From Macrostomum lignano (lineage: Eukaryota), in NCBI GenBank assembly GCA_002269645.1, contig NIVC01000016.1, forward strand, positions 858,638-922,637: a stretch of DNA of 64,000 nt, written 5' to 3'. The notes beneath the pieces were generated by a model. The model saw nothing but the letters and a program-made list of their open reading frames with translations. It made no database searches and was not told the origin of the DNA. This document shows positions 29,236-40,533 of this stretch, piece by piece. The position numbers were made by a program, and so were the translations under genes. How positions within the stretch are numbered: position 1 is the first letter of the stretch; each line of letters starts with the position of its first letter.

Positions 29236-29990
29236 GCACAACAGATATCGGAGAAAGCTAGAATAGATATATGTAATAGAAAGATAACACAGAGATAAAA
29301 GCAAACAAAATCACACAAATATATAAATAGATCGGATATACTGTAGCAGAATCATACGAAGATGGAGTGTGTCATGCCTTAGGAACCAAACAATACAGCG
29401 CATAGGAGGAAATGGTTAGCAATATAGTAGGACTACATATATATTCTAAACAGAATAAAGTAGTTTTCAGATAAAAAACAAATCCATTATACTAAAATTT
29501 TACTACTAACAGCAGTAAAGCGTGTCAGAAGGATCTCTAACATAATAATCTTACCGAGTCTAGCATGGAAGCAATTAAAATGTTCTAGAAGCAATACAAT
29601 TTTTTAAATGAAAAAAAAACCATTTATTAAGATACGACTAGCGAACGTGACACTCAATATTGACTACTTGAGGAGTTACTTGAGGAGTAGGAGAGCTAGT
29701 CTATTACAGTACTTATATACGCAACTAGAGACAAAACTCTGCAGCAATTGACGGGATTTCAAAAATAATTTTTTATAGTCTTAGACAAGCAACTCAAACA
29801 CGTAGAGTATATGCGGACAGATTAAAATAAAATGGCCATCTCTGGTACATAAGCAGGAAAACCAATCAGGTAATAACCAGTTAGGTAATATCTAACTTGG
29901 AAAGAAATGCAGACGCTAAATTTTTCACGATATCTAACGCTTGGAGACAGGTGAACAATGATCGATTGACAGTGAATGACAGATAGGGAG

Positions 29991-30073
29991 GTGGGGCAAT
30001 GACCAACCAACTGACACGTGAGCAGGTGGGGCAATGACCAACCAACTGACACGTGAGCAGGTGGGAAATGACC
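29991..30073. repeat. 35-bp dimer just past the DENND1 stop codon
   Basis: GTGGGGCAATGACCAACCAACTGACACGTGAGCAG twice plus a partial copy. Confidence 0.85.
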
Positions 30074-30077
30074 GAGG

Positions 30078-30299
30078 TCACGCCTCCGAGAAGCTCTCCC
30101 AGTTGACCCGACCGACCCTGGCCTCCGAGCTGATAGCCTCCTGACTGGCTGGGGCCGCGGCCAGCTCCTCGGGCTGAACGCCGAACGCCTCCAGCAGGTC
30201 CTCGTGAACCCGGGGCCGCAGCGACGGCATGGCCAGCTGAGAGCGGGGCGGCGGCGGCCGAGCCGACTGGTTGCTAGGCGCCACCGTGCTCAGGCGAAT
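30078..30299 (-). CDS. DENND1: DENND1-like terminal exon (..VNWESFSEA*)
   Basis: gcgcag acceptor. TGA at 30080-30078. Confidence 0.75.
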   Translation of the reverse strand: MRLSTVAPSNQSARPPPPRSQLAMPSLRPRVHEDLLEAFGVQPEELAAAPASQEAISSEARVGRVNWESFSEA

Positions 30300-33200
30300 C
30301 TGCGCAAGGTCAGGTGGTTGGGGGCAATTAGGATGCGCCTCCTTTGGATCCAAGATCCTCACAGTGGGTCACCTCTGTCCCCACTTACAGATGCCAGATT
30401 CTCACAGTGGGTCACCTCTGTCCCCACTTACAGATCCCAGATCCTCACAGTGGGTCACCTCTGTCCCCACTTACAGATGCCAGATTCTCACAGTGGGTCA
30501 CCTCTGTTCCCACTTACAGATCCCAGATCCTCACAGTGGGTCACCTCTGTTCCCACTTACAGATCCCAGATCCTCACAGTGGGTCATCCTCTGTCCCCAC
30601 TTACAGATCCCAGATCCTCACAGTGGGTCACCTCTGTTCCCACTTACAGATCCCAGATCCTCACAGTGGGTCATCCTCTGTCCCCACTTACAGATCCCAG
30701 ATTCTCACAGTGGGTCACCCTCTGTCCCCACTTTTAGATCCCAGATCAGAGCTGAGCAAACTACAACCAGAAACCTTACGAAGAACATAAATTTATAGCA
30801 GTGAAACTGTGTGGACACACAACAGCAAGGGCGGACCAATATAATAAATACCATGACAAGCACTGGAAACCAAATAGTAAGCAGAATGCAAATGCAATAA
30901 AGTAAACAGGCAAGACAGCATCTGTTAGCAGCGGGCACACTTTAGATTAGCTGAAATTCAGTTCAGAAAGGCGCCACTTTAAGATAGACTGTACACCCTG
31001 TGTGCCTGCGCACAGTATACGCTCAGGGGTTTAGCGGTATGGGCAGCACTACTTGCCTCCGAGCTGGCTTGAAACTGAAGCGACGTTTTAAAGGCGAAGC
31101 TAATCTAACTAAATACTTTTTAATTACTTAAAACACAGGACTTGAAGTCAAGCAAAGAATATCCCTGAATATCCATTTTTAAATCACACGAATTTCCCAT
31201 GAGAATCGCCTCTGAATCTACGAGAATCGCCTCTGAATCTACCATAAGAACCCCCTCTGAATCTCCCATGAGAATCGCCCGGAATCTACCATGAGAATCG
31301 CCGAGGAATCTACCATAAAAAACCCCTCTGAATCTCCCATGAGAATCGCCCGGAATCTACCATGAGAATCGCCGTGGAATCTACCATAAGAACCCCATCT
31401 GAATCTCCCATGAGAATCGCCCCGGAATCTACCATAAGAACCCATCGGAATCTCCCATGAGAATCGCCCCGGAATCTCCCATGAGAATCGCCCCGGAATC
31501 TCCCATAAGAACCCCATCTGAATCTCCCATGAGAATCGCCCCGGAATCTACCATAAGAACCCCATCTGAATCTCCCATGAGAATCGCGCCAGCTTACGTG
31601 AAGAGCATCGGCCACCGCGCCAGCTGCGGGATCTTCGCCCAACTGAGCCCGGTGCCGCATAGCAACTGGCGAGCTGTTTTCGGCGGCATGACCCCCGTCA
31701 CTAGCGTCATCGTCCAGGTCTAATAGGCGGCCAACTGCTGGCTGAGAGGGGACCGGAGCGGGCGCAGGAGCGGGTGCCGATGCTGGTTTGGGAGAGGGTG
31801 CAGCGGCAATGGGGGCGGCTGAGGTAGCGGTCGACCCGACGACGTCATACTCATCATCGTCGGGCAGATTGAAATCTTCGATAGGCTTGTAGCTGAGCAC
31901 CTGCTGTTGCTGCTGCAGTTGATGGTTGGACAGCAGAGTGCGGGAGCCGGAGCCGGGCCGCTGCATGGACTGGATGGATTGGCCAGCGTTGTTGATCAGC
32001 GTGCGCACCTGGAATTTGGCGCGGAGTCGGGTTAAAAGGAGTATTAAATAGAGAAACCACTGTCGTGAAAAGCTCAACGGCGATTCTCATTTGGAGATCC
32101 AGGGGCGATTCTCATTGGGAGATTCAGGGGCGATTCTCATTGGGAGACTCAGGGGCGATTCTCATTGGGAGATTCAGGGGCGATTCTCATTGGGAGACTC
32201 AGGGGCGATTCTCATTTGGAGATCCAGGGGCGATTCTCATTGGGAGATTCAGGGGCGATTCTCATTGGGAGATTCAGGGGCGATTCTCATTGGGAGATCC
32301 AGGGGCGATTCTCATTTGGAGATCCAGGGGCGATTCTCATTGGGAGATTCAGGGGCGATTCTCATTGGGAGACTCAGGGGCGATTCTCATTGGGAGATTC
32401 AGGGGCGATTCTCATTGGGAGACTCAGGGGCGATTCTCATTTGGAGATCCAGGGGCGATTCTCATTGGGAGATTCAGGGGCGATTCTCATTGGGAGACTC
32501 AGGGGCGATTCTCATTGGGATATTCAGGGGCGATTCTCATTGGGAGATTCAGGGGCGATTCTCATTGGGAGATTCAGGGGCGATTCTCATTGGGAGACTC
32601 AGGGGCGATTCTCATTGGGAGATTCAGGGGCGATTCTCATTGGGAGACTCAGGGGCGATTCTCATTTGGAGATCCAGGGGCGATTCTCATTGGGAGATTC
32701 AGGGGCGATTCTCATTGGGAGACTCAGGGGCGATTCTCATTGGGAGATTCAGGGGCGATTCTCATTGGGAGATTCAGGGGCGATTCTCATTGGGAGATTC
32801 AGGGGCGATTCTCATTGGAGATCCAGGGGCGATTCTCATTGGGAGATTCAGGGGCGATTCTCATTGAGAGATTCAGGGGCGATTCTCATTGGGAGATTCA
32901 GGGGCGATTCTCATTGGGAGATCCAGGGGCGATTCTCATTGGGAGATTCAGGGGCGATTCTCATTGGGAGACTCAGGGGCAATTCTCATTGGGAGACTCA
33001 GGGGAAATTCTCATTGGGAGATCCAGGGGCGATTCTCATTGGGAGATTCAGGGGCGATTCTCATTGAGAGACTCAGGGGCGATTCCCATTGGGAGATCCA
33101 GGGGCGATTCTTATTGGGAGATTCAGGGGCGATTCTCATTAGGAGACTCAGGGGCGATTCTCATTGGGAGATCCAGGGGCGATTCTCATTGGGAGATCCA

Positions 33201-36200
33201 GGGGCGATTCTAATTGGGAGACTCAGGGGCGATTCTCATTGGGAGATTCAGGGCGATTTTCATTGGGAGACTCAGGGGCGATTCTCATTGGGAGATTCAG
33301 GGGCGATTCTCATTGAGAGACTCAGGGGCGATTCTCATTGGGAGACTCAGGGGCGATTCTCATTGAGAGATCCAGGGGCGATTCTCATTGGGAGACTCAG
33401 GGGCGATTCTCATTGGGAGACCCAGGGCGATTCTAATTGGGAGACTCAGGGGCGATTCTCATTGGGAGATCCAGGGGCGATTCTCATTGGGAGATCCAGG
33501 GGCGATTCTCATTGGGAGACTCAGGGGCGATTTTCATTGGGAGATTCAAGGGCGATTTTCATTGGGAGACTCAGGGGCAATTCTCATTGGGAGATCCAGG
33601 GGCGATTCTCATTGAGAGACTCAGGGGCGATTCTCATTGGGAGACTCAGGGGCGATTCTCATTGGGAGACCCAGGGCGATTCTAATTGGGAGACTCAGGG
33701 GCGATTCTCATTGGGAGATTCAGGGGCGATTCTCATTGGGAGACTCAGGGGCGATTCTCATTGGGAGACCCAGGGCGATTCTAATTGGGAGACTCAGGGG
33801 CGATTCTCATTGGGAGATTCAGAGGCGATTCTTAATTGGAGATTCCGAGGTGGCTCTTAATTAGAGATTTGGAAGCGATTCTTAATTGGAGATTCTGAGG
33901 CGATTCTTATGGGAGATTCAGTGTGGATTCTAATTGAAGATTCGGAGGTGATTTAAATTGAAAGATTCAGGGAAGATTTTTGGATCCGTTGGTTAAAGAT
34001 ACAAATCTGGGACTGATTCTAAGAAACATACTGAATTAGTACTACTACAGTTACAACAGTACTGCAACCACTAGCAGCTGACCTGCTGTTGCAGAGCCCT
34101 GGCATTGGGCACAGACAGGGTCTTGCGCCGTTCTGCCAGCACCCGATCAGCAGCCGAATTAAACGGCGCCCAGAACGGCGCCGCCGGCTCGGCCAGATAG
34201 CGCCGGCAGAATTCGTCGAACAGTTGCGACTGGCACAGCCGGCGAAGGCAGGGCCGCAGCTGGTCCGGACTGGCGGCGGCCACGTCCTCCGGCTGGCAGG
34301 TGTGGCGGCCCCCCAAGGCGAATTGGCGCAGCGGTGCGGCCAGCTCGCTGGTGACGTCCAGGAAAGCCTGAGAGAACTGCGACTCGCTCAGGCCGGAGCT
34401 GTTCCCGGGCTTCAACGATCTACGGAGACCGCGAAGTAGGCTGGACGGCAGCGACAGGGCGTCGACGCAGGACTCGGCGCCTTCGCGGACGAACATCTCG
34501 CCGGTGTCGAGGCGGATTAAAATGAAATCTTCGTCGGCTGACAGGCAGTTCTCAACCTGAGCAGGGCGACCGTTTCATAGTAGCATTTCATACTGACTGA
34601 CACTAGCACTGAGACTAGCATTTCATACTGACTGACACTAGCACTGAGACTAGCATTTCATACTGACTGACACTAGCACTGAGATTAGCATTTCATACTG
34701 ACTGACACTAGCACTGAGACTAGCATTTCATACTGACTGACACTAGCACTGAGACTAGCATTTCATACTGACTGACACTAGCACTGAGATTAGCATTTCA
34801 TACTGACTGACACTAGCACTGAGACTAGCATTTCATACTGACTGACACTAGCACTGAGATTAGCATTTCACACTGACACTAGCACTGAGATTAGCATTTC
34901 ACACTGACACCAGCACTGAGATTAGCATTTCACACTGACTGACACTAGCACTGAGATTAGCATTTCACATTCACACTGACACTAGCACTGAGATTAGCAT
35001 TTCACACTGACACCAGCACTGAGATTAGCATTTCACACTGACTGACACTAGCACTGAGATTAGCATTTCACACTGACACCAGCACTGAGATTAGCATTTC
35101 ACACTGACTGACACTAGCACTGAGATTAGCATTTCACACTGACACCAGCACTGAGATTAGCATTTCACACTGACACCAGCACTGAGATTAGCATTTCACA
35201 CTGACACCAGCACTGAGATTAGCATTTCACACTGACTGACACTAGCACTGAGATTAGCATTTCACACTGACACTAGCACTGAGATTAGCATTTCACACTG
35301 ACACCAGCACTGAGATTAGCATTTCACACTGACACCAGCACTGAGATTAGCATTTCACACTGACACCAGCACTGAGATTAGCATTTCACACTGACACCAG
35401 CACTGAGATTAGCATTTCACACTGACACCAGCACTGAGATTAGTATTTCACACTGACACCAGCACTGAGATTAGCATTTCACACTGACACCAGCACTGAG
35501 ATTAGCATTTCACACTGACTGACACTAGCACTGAGATTAGCATTTCACACTGACACCAGCACTGAGATTAGCATTTCACACTGACACCAGCACTGAGATT
35601 AGCATTTCACACTGACTGACACTAGCACTGAGATTAGCATTTCACACTGACACCAGCACTGAGACTAACTTTGAACCTGCCCTCAAGACTGCTTCTGCAA
35701 TTCCTTGAAAATCTCGGAAACTCACCCTGAAACTATCCCTAAAACTTTCATCTTCATCCGAAACTAGTTGCATAAAAAATAACCTTTCCGCTTCAGCTGC
35801 ATCCCAAACTACCTCTTTAGCTGCATCCAAAACTACCTCCTTAGCTGCATTCAAAACTACCTCCTTAGCTGCATCCAAAACTACCTCCTTAGCTGCATTC
35901 AAAACTACCTCTTTAGCTGCATCCAAAACTACCTCCTTAGCTGCATCCAAAACTACCTCCTTAGCTGCATTCAAAACTACCTCCTTAGCTGCATTCAAAA
36001 CTACCTCTTTAGCTGCATCCAAAACTACCTCCTTAGCTGCATCCAAAACTACCTCTTTAGCTGCATCTAAAACTACCTCCTTAGCTGCATCCAAAACTAC
36101 TTCTTTAGCTGCATCCAAAACTACCTCCTTAGCTGCATCCAAAACTACCTCTTTAGCTGCATCCAAAACTACCTCCTTAGCTGCATTCAAAACTACTTCT

Positions 36201-39200
36201 TTAGCTGCATCCAAAACTACCTCCTTAGCTGCATCCAAAACTACTTCTTTAGCTGCATCCAAAACTACCTCCTTAGCTGCATCCAAAACTACCTCTTTAG
36301 CTGCATCCAAAACTACCTCTTTAGCTGCATCCAAAACTACCTCTTTAGCTGCATCCAAAACTACCTCCTTAGCTGCATTCAAAACTACCTCTTTAGCTGC
36401 ATCCAAAACTACCTCTTTAGCTGCATCCAAAACTACCTCTTTAGCTGCATCCAAAACTACCCTTCCATCTGCATCCAAAACTACCCTTCCATCTGCATCC
36501 AAAACTACCCTTCCATCTGCATCCAAAACTACCCTTCCATCTGCATCCAAAACTACCCTTCCATCTGCATCCAAAACTACCCTTCCATCTGCATCCAAAA
36601 CTACCCTTCCATCTGCATCCAAAACTACCCTTCCATCTGCATCCAAAACTACCCTTCCATCTGCATCCAAAACTACCCTTCCATCTGCATCCAAAACTAC
36701 CCTTCCATCTGCATCCAAAACTACCCTTCCATCTGCATCCAAAACTACCCTTCCATCTGCATCCAAAACCTACCCTTGAATTAGTGTCCCCGAAACTACC
36801 ATTGAAACTAACCTGAGCCTTATTAGCCTCGAAAAGAGCCTCAGACATGCCGAATACGAACGGCACCAGACAGCTGAGATGATCCACATTGCTGTCTGAC
36901 AGTAGCGGGGCGAGCACGTGCTCCCAGCTGAACGGATAGAGCAGCGCTAAGCAGCCGAACACGGCCAGGCTGAGCTGGCCCGGCCGCCTGCCAATCAGCA
37001 GCAGTTTCTTCTCGCACAGCAGAGCGCACAGCACAAACAGAAGCGAGTCGGACTCGGACAGCCGGCTGTACAGCTCGCGTAGCGGCGCGCAAGCGGCCAG
37101 CGCAGGCAGCTGATCGTCCGGAGCGACTGTCCGACTGAGGCGGACCTGGTCGGGCGTGAGGCAGGCGGCGCCGGACAGGGTTGAACCGGGCGTCACCCGC
37201 GGACAGTTCTCCAGCTGGCACAGGATCACGTTGGCCAGGGTTTCGTTGCGGCGGTCGCCTGCGTATCAGATTCGGGATCAGAACCCCATAAATCCCATGA
37301 TTTGGGATCAGAACCCCATGAATCCCATGATTCGGGATCAGAACCCCATAAATCCCATGATTTGGGATCAGAACCCCATGAATCCCATGATTTGGGATCA
37401 GAACCCCATGAATCCCATGATTCGGGATCAGAACCCCATGATTTGGGATCAGAACCCCATAAATCCCATGATTTGGGATCAGAACCCCATAAATCCCATG
37501 ATTAGGGATCAGAACCCCAAAAATCCCATGATTTGGGATCAGAACCCCAAAAATCCCATGATTTGGGATCAGAACCCCATAAATCCCATGATTTGGGATC
37601 AGAACCCCATAAATCCCATGATTTGGGATCAGAACCCCATAAATCCCATGATTTGGGATCAGAACCCCATAAATCCCATGATTTGGGATCAGAACCCCAT
37701 AAATCCCATGATTTGGGATCAGAACCCCAAAAACCCCATGATTTGGGATCAGAACCCTATAAATCCCATGATTTGGGATCAGAACCCCATAAATCCCATG
37801 ATTTGGGATCAGAACCCCATGAATCCCATGATTCGGGATCAGAACCCCATGATTTGGGATCAGAACCCCATAAATCCCATGATTCGGGATCAGAACCCCA
37901 TAAATCTTATGATTTGGGATCAGAACCCCATGAATCCCATGATTCGGGATCAGAACCCCATGATTTGGGATCAGAACCCCATAAATCCCATGATTTGGGA
38001 TCAGAACCCCATAAATCCCATGATTTGGGATCAGAACCCCATAAATCCCATGATTAGGGATCAGAACCCCATAAATCCCATGATTTGGGATCAGAACCCC
38101 ATAAATCCCATGATTCGGGATCAGAACCCCATAAATCCCATGATTCGGGATCAGTCCCTGAAATCCCATGATTCGGGATCAGAGTCCCTGAAATCCCATG
38201 ACTCGGGATCAGAGTCCCTGAACTCCCATGATTCGAGATCACAATCCCTGAAATCCTGGATCAAAGAAATGCATACCAATATACTTTAATACTCACCCAG
38301 CAGTAACTGTGCCAGGCTATTAAGCAGCTCGGCGAACACTTCGAACCAAGGATTCTTAGAAACGAACAACAGGCAGCGAAGGCCGCCGTTAGTTCGATAA
38401 TAGCTGGCGAACAGGAAGGTCAGCCGCGAGTCCAAATCGGTGAAAGCGGCGCAGGCGCTGTCGCAGCGATCCCGGCAGCGCAGCGATGGAGGCATGGCGT
38501 ATTCCCCAATCTTTTTCTCCCATTCCGCCACGAGGTTGGAGTTATCGCGGTTGGCGACGGTCCAGTAGCTGAACACGGGGATGGTCTCGTCTAGGTCTGC
38601 ATACCTGAATCAAACAGGTGTGAGTGTTATCTATAATGCTGGCTTTTCATTTGATTGAAATTTCAGTCTTGGGATTTGAGTCGAGGCTAGGGATTTTGGT
38701 GATTTGGGATTCGAGTCTAGGGATTTTAATGATTTGAAGATTTGAGTCTAGAGGGATTTCGGTGATTTGGGATTTGAGACCAGGGATTTTGGTGATTTGG
38801 GATTTGAGACCAGGGATTTTGGTGATTTGGGATTTGAGTCCAGGGATTTTGGTGATTTGGGATTTGAGACCAGGGATTTTGGTGATTTCGGATTTGAGTC
38901 CATGTAATTTGGTGATTTCAGATTTGAGTTCATGGATTTTGATGCTTTGGGATTTGAGCCCATGGAATTTTATGATTTGGGATTTGAATCCATGTATTCC
39001 AATGATTTGGATTTTGGGATTTAAGGATTCTTAGGATTCATCACAAGATACAAGATTTAAATATAAATACTCCTAAAATTTTGGGTTTGAGTATTATAAT
39101 ATTTATTATTTGTAATTAAGTCCTTGTATTTGATTATAAAAAACTCTAACATTATGTAAAATCATAGAATATACAATACATTATTCTGTGATATAAAATA

Positions 39201-39282
39201 CTTACCTATGCAGTTCATAAAACACTTCAAATATGCTAGACTCGGCCTCAGGATGCAGTCTAGAATACAGACCCAGTTTCAT
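30078..39282 (-). CDS. DENND1: DENN domain protein, DENND1/connecdenn-like Rab GEF (complete, 645 aa)
   Basis: Exons 39282-39206, 38604-38297, 37258-36813, 34556-34083, 32008-31598, 30299-30078 total 1938 nt with consistent phases. The N-terminus SRLHPEAESSIFEVFYE resembles DENND1 SRIKQNPETTFEV. Also FTDLDSR, NPWFEVF..LLNSLA, LLCEKKLL, LLYPFSWEHV, and a C-terminal WxxF. Confidence 0.82.
30345..30748. repeat. 43-bp minisatellite
   Basis: GATCCTCACAGTGGGTCACCTCTGTCCCCACTTACAGATCCCA. Confidence 0.95.
31195..31588. repeat. ~24-bp minisatellite CTCCCATGAGAATCGCCCCGGAAT
   Basis: Direct reading; reverse complement of the 32080-33910 family. Confidence 0.92.
31598..32008 (-). CDS. DENND1: DENND1-like exon 5 (disordered, contains LLDLD)
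   Basis: ttccag acceptor, gtaagc donor. 411 nt, phase 0-0. Confidence 0.78.
32080..33910. repeat. 25-bp minisatellite GGGGCGATTCTCATTGGGAGATTCA
   Basis: Direct reading. Confidence 0.97.
34083..34556 (-). CDS. DENND1: DENND1-like exon 4 (dDENN)
   Basis: ctgctcag acceptor, gtcagc donor. SQLFDEF motif. Confidence 0.8.
34580..35665. repeat. 31/35-bp minisatellite GCACTGAGATTAGCATTTCACACTGACACCA
   Basis: Direct reading. Confidence 0.96.
35795..36775. repeat. 24-bp minisatellite in two blocks (GCTGCATCCAAAACTACCTCCTTA, then TCTGCATCCAAAACTACCCTTCCA)
   Basis: Direct reading. Confidence 0.96.
36813..37258 (-). CDS. DENND1: DENND1-like exon 3 (core DENN)
   Basis: tacgcag acceptor, gttagt donor. 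LLCEKKLL, LLYPFSWEHVLAP, PFVFG. Confidence 0.87.
37270..38260. repeat. 30-bp minisatellite ATTTGGGATCAGAACCCCATAAATCCCATG with 21-bp deletion variants
   Basis: Direct reading. Confidence 0.96.
38297..38604 (-). CDS. DENND1: DENND1-like exon 2 (uDENN/DENN)
   Basis: attcag acceptor, gtgagt donor. AFTDLDSR, PWFEVF. Confidence 0.85.
38660..39030. repeat. 30-bp degenerate minisatellite GGGATTTTGGTGATTTGGGATTTGAGACCA
   Basis: Direct reading. Confidence 0.9.
39206..39282 (-). CDS. DENND1: DENND1-like exon 1 (MKLGLYSRLHPEAESSIFEVFYELHR), not in the ORF track
   Basis: ATG at 39282. gtaagt donor in phase 2 matches the next exon. Confidence 0.78.
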
Positions 39283-40533
39283 GCTTGATAAAAGCATAAA
39301 TTTTGTGCATTCATGACTTATTAAAGATCGATATAAATAGTGTATACATGGTGTATGGGACTATAGTCTATGACAATGTCTTTTATTTAAAGGCATAATG
39401 TCACTATAAAAGTCTATATAGTTTTAAGCACTTAATTAGCACCTTAGACTTTGTATTTGAGGTTAAAATCTATATATCCACAATTGTTATTGTTAATTAA
39501 TTGACATTTTGGAATTTATATGATCTATAGATTATATATTTTATCATGAAAGAATAGAAGATTAGTTTAGAAAATATATCTTATGCCATAATATTTTCTT
39601 AAAAATTCTAATAATACTTTGACATTTAATAAAAACTATATCAATACCTAAAAAGGCTTATTATAAGATATAGTATTTTATTTAAAAATATAATCCATTG
39701 AATAATCTATACTGATTGATACTAGTAGTATATATAAATATAATGCATAAATATACAAACACTTTCTATTTTTGACCTAATAAATATAAGTTATTTTGAT
39801 GAAAAATAACAAATACAAAGTTGGACTTCAATAAAGTTTAAAAAAGGCCATTTTAAGGCTTAGCTTTAAATGCTTTTATTGGCAATAACTATAAAATAAA
39901 AAATAAGAAAAATTAAGAATAAACAAAAATAATAAATTAATTCTAGGAATCTATATTTCTAATATTTGTAAATAAAGATAATATTTAGCATAATGACAAT
40001 TGACAACAAAATCTTAGGCAATTGTTATTGTTATAGTAACAATATAAACAACAAAATGGTTATTTTTATGGTTAATACATAAGATATTGCCTGGGCCTTT
40101 GGTCTTTACTAAATGTAGGCCTAATCATATCAATACAATAGCAAAACTGTTGTTTTTATAGTCCCATAGATAAGAAGCAAAATGGCTATTTTTATAGTCA
40201 TGTGGAAGAAATTTCAGTTAAATTACAATGTAATAGTTAACAATTACCTAAAGTAAGCTACTATGACAAGAACCATTAGAATATATTATTGTATTTATCA
40301 ATAACATGTTTCTTTATTTTACAATGTTGTTATTTGTCTGGTGACCAGACAAATAGTGATGTGTGTAATTTGTCTCGTTACTGGATAATGGCCATGCTTT
40401 CCTATTCATCTGGTTAATACCAGACAAATAGGCTTTTTATTATTTGACCGGTTAAATTGATAATGCTAAAATATCTATTTTATAGAAACTACAAAGATGA
40501 ATATTCTTAGACTTCAAAGACTTCTTATTTGTA

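Noticed and set aside
32065-33864. Long ORFs (382, 323, 300 aa and others) on the plus strand
   Set aside because: They are translations of a 25-bp repeat cycling through all three frames, antisense within a DENND1 intron.
35642-38289. Repeat-protein ORFs (DAAKEVVL)n, (VLIPNHGIYG)n, (IWDQNPINPM)n
   Set aside because: They are stop-free readings of 24- and 30-bp minisatellites lying between well-defined donor and acceptor sites.
37270-39030. Arrays on either side of DENND1 exon 2 as a second inverted pair
   Set aside because: They share only short ATTTGGGAT/AAATCCC words, and one unit is itself quasi-palindromic, so there is no extended complementarity.
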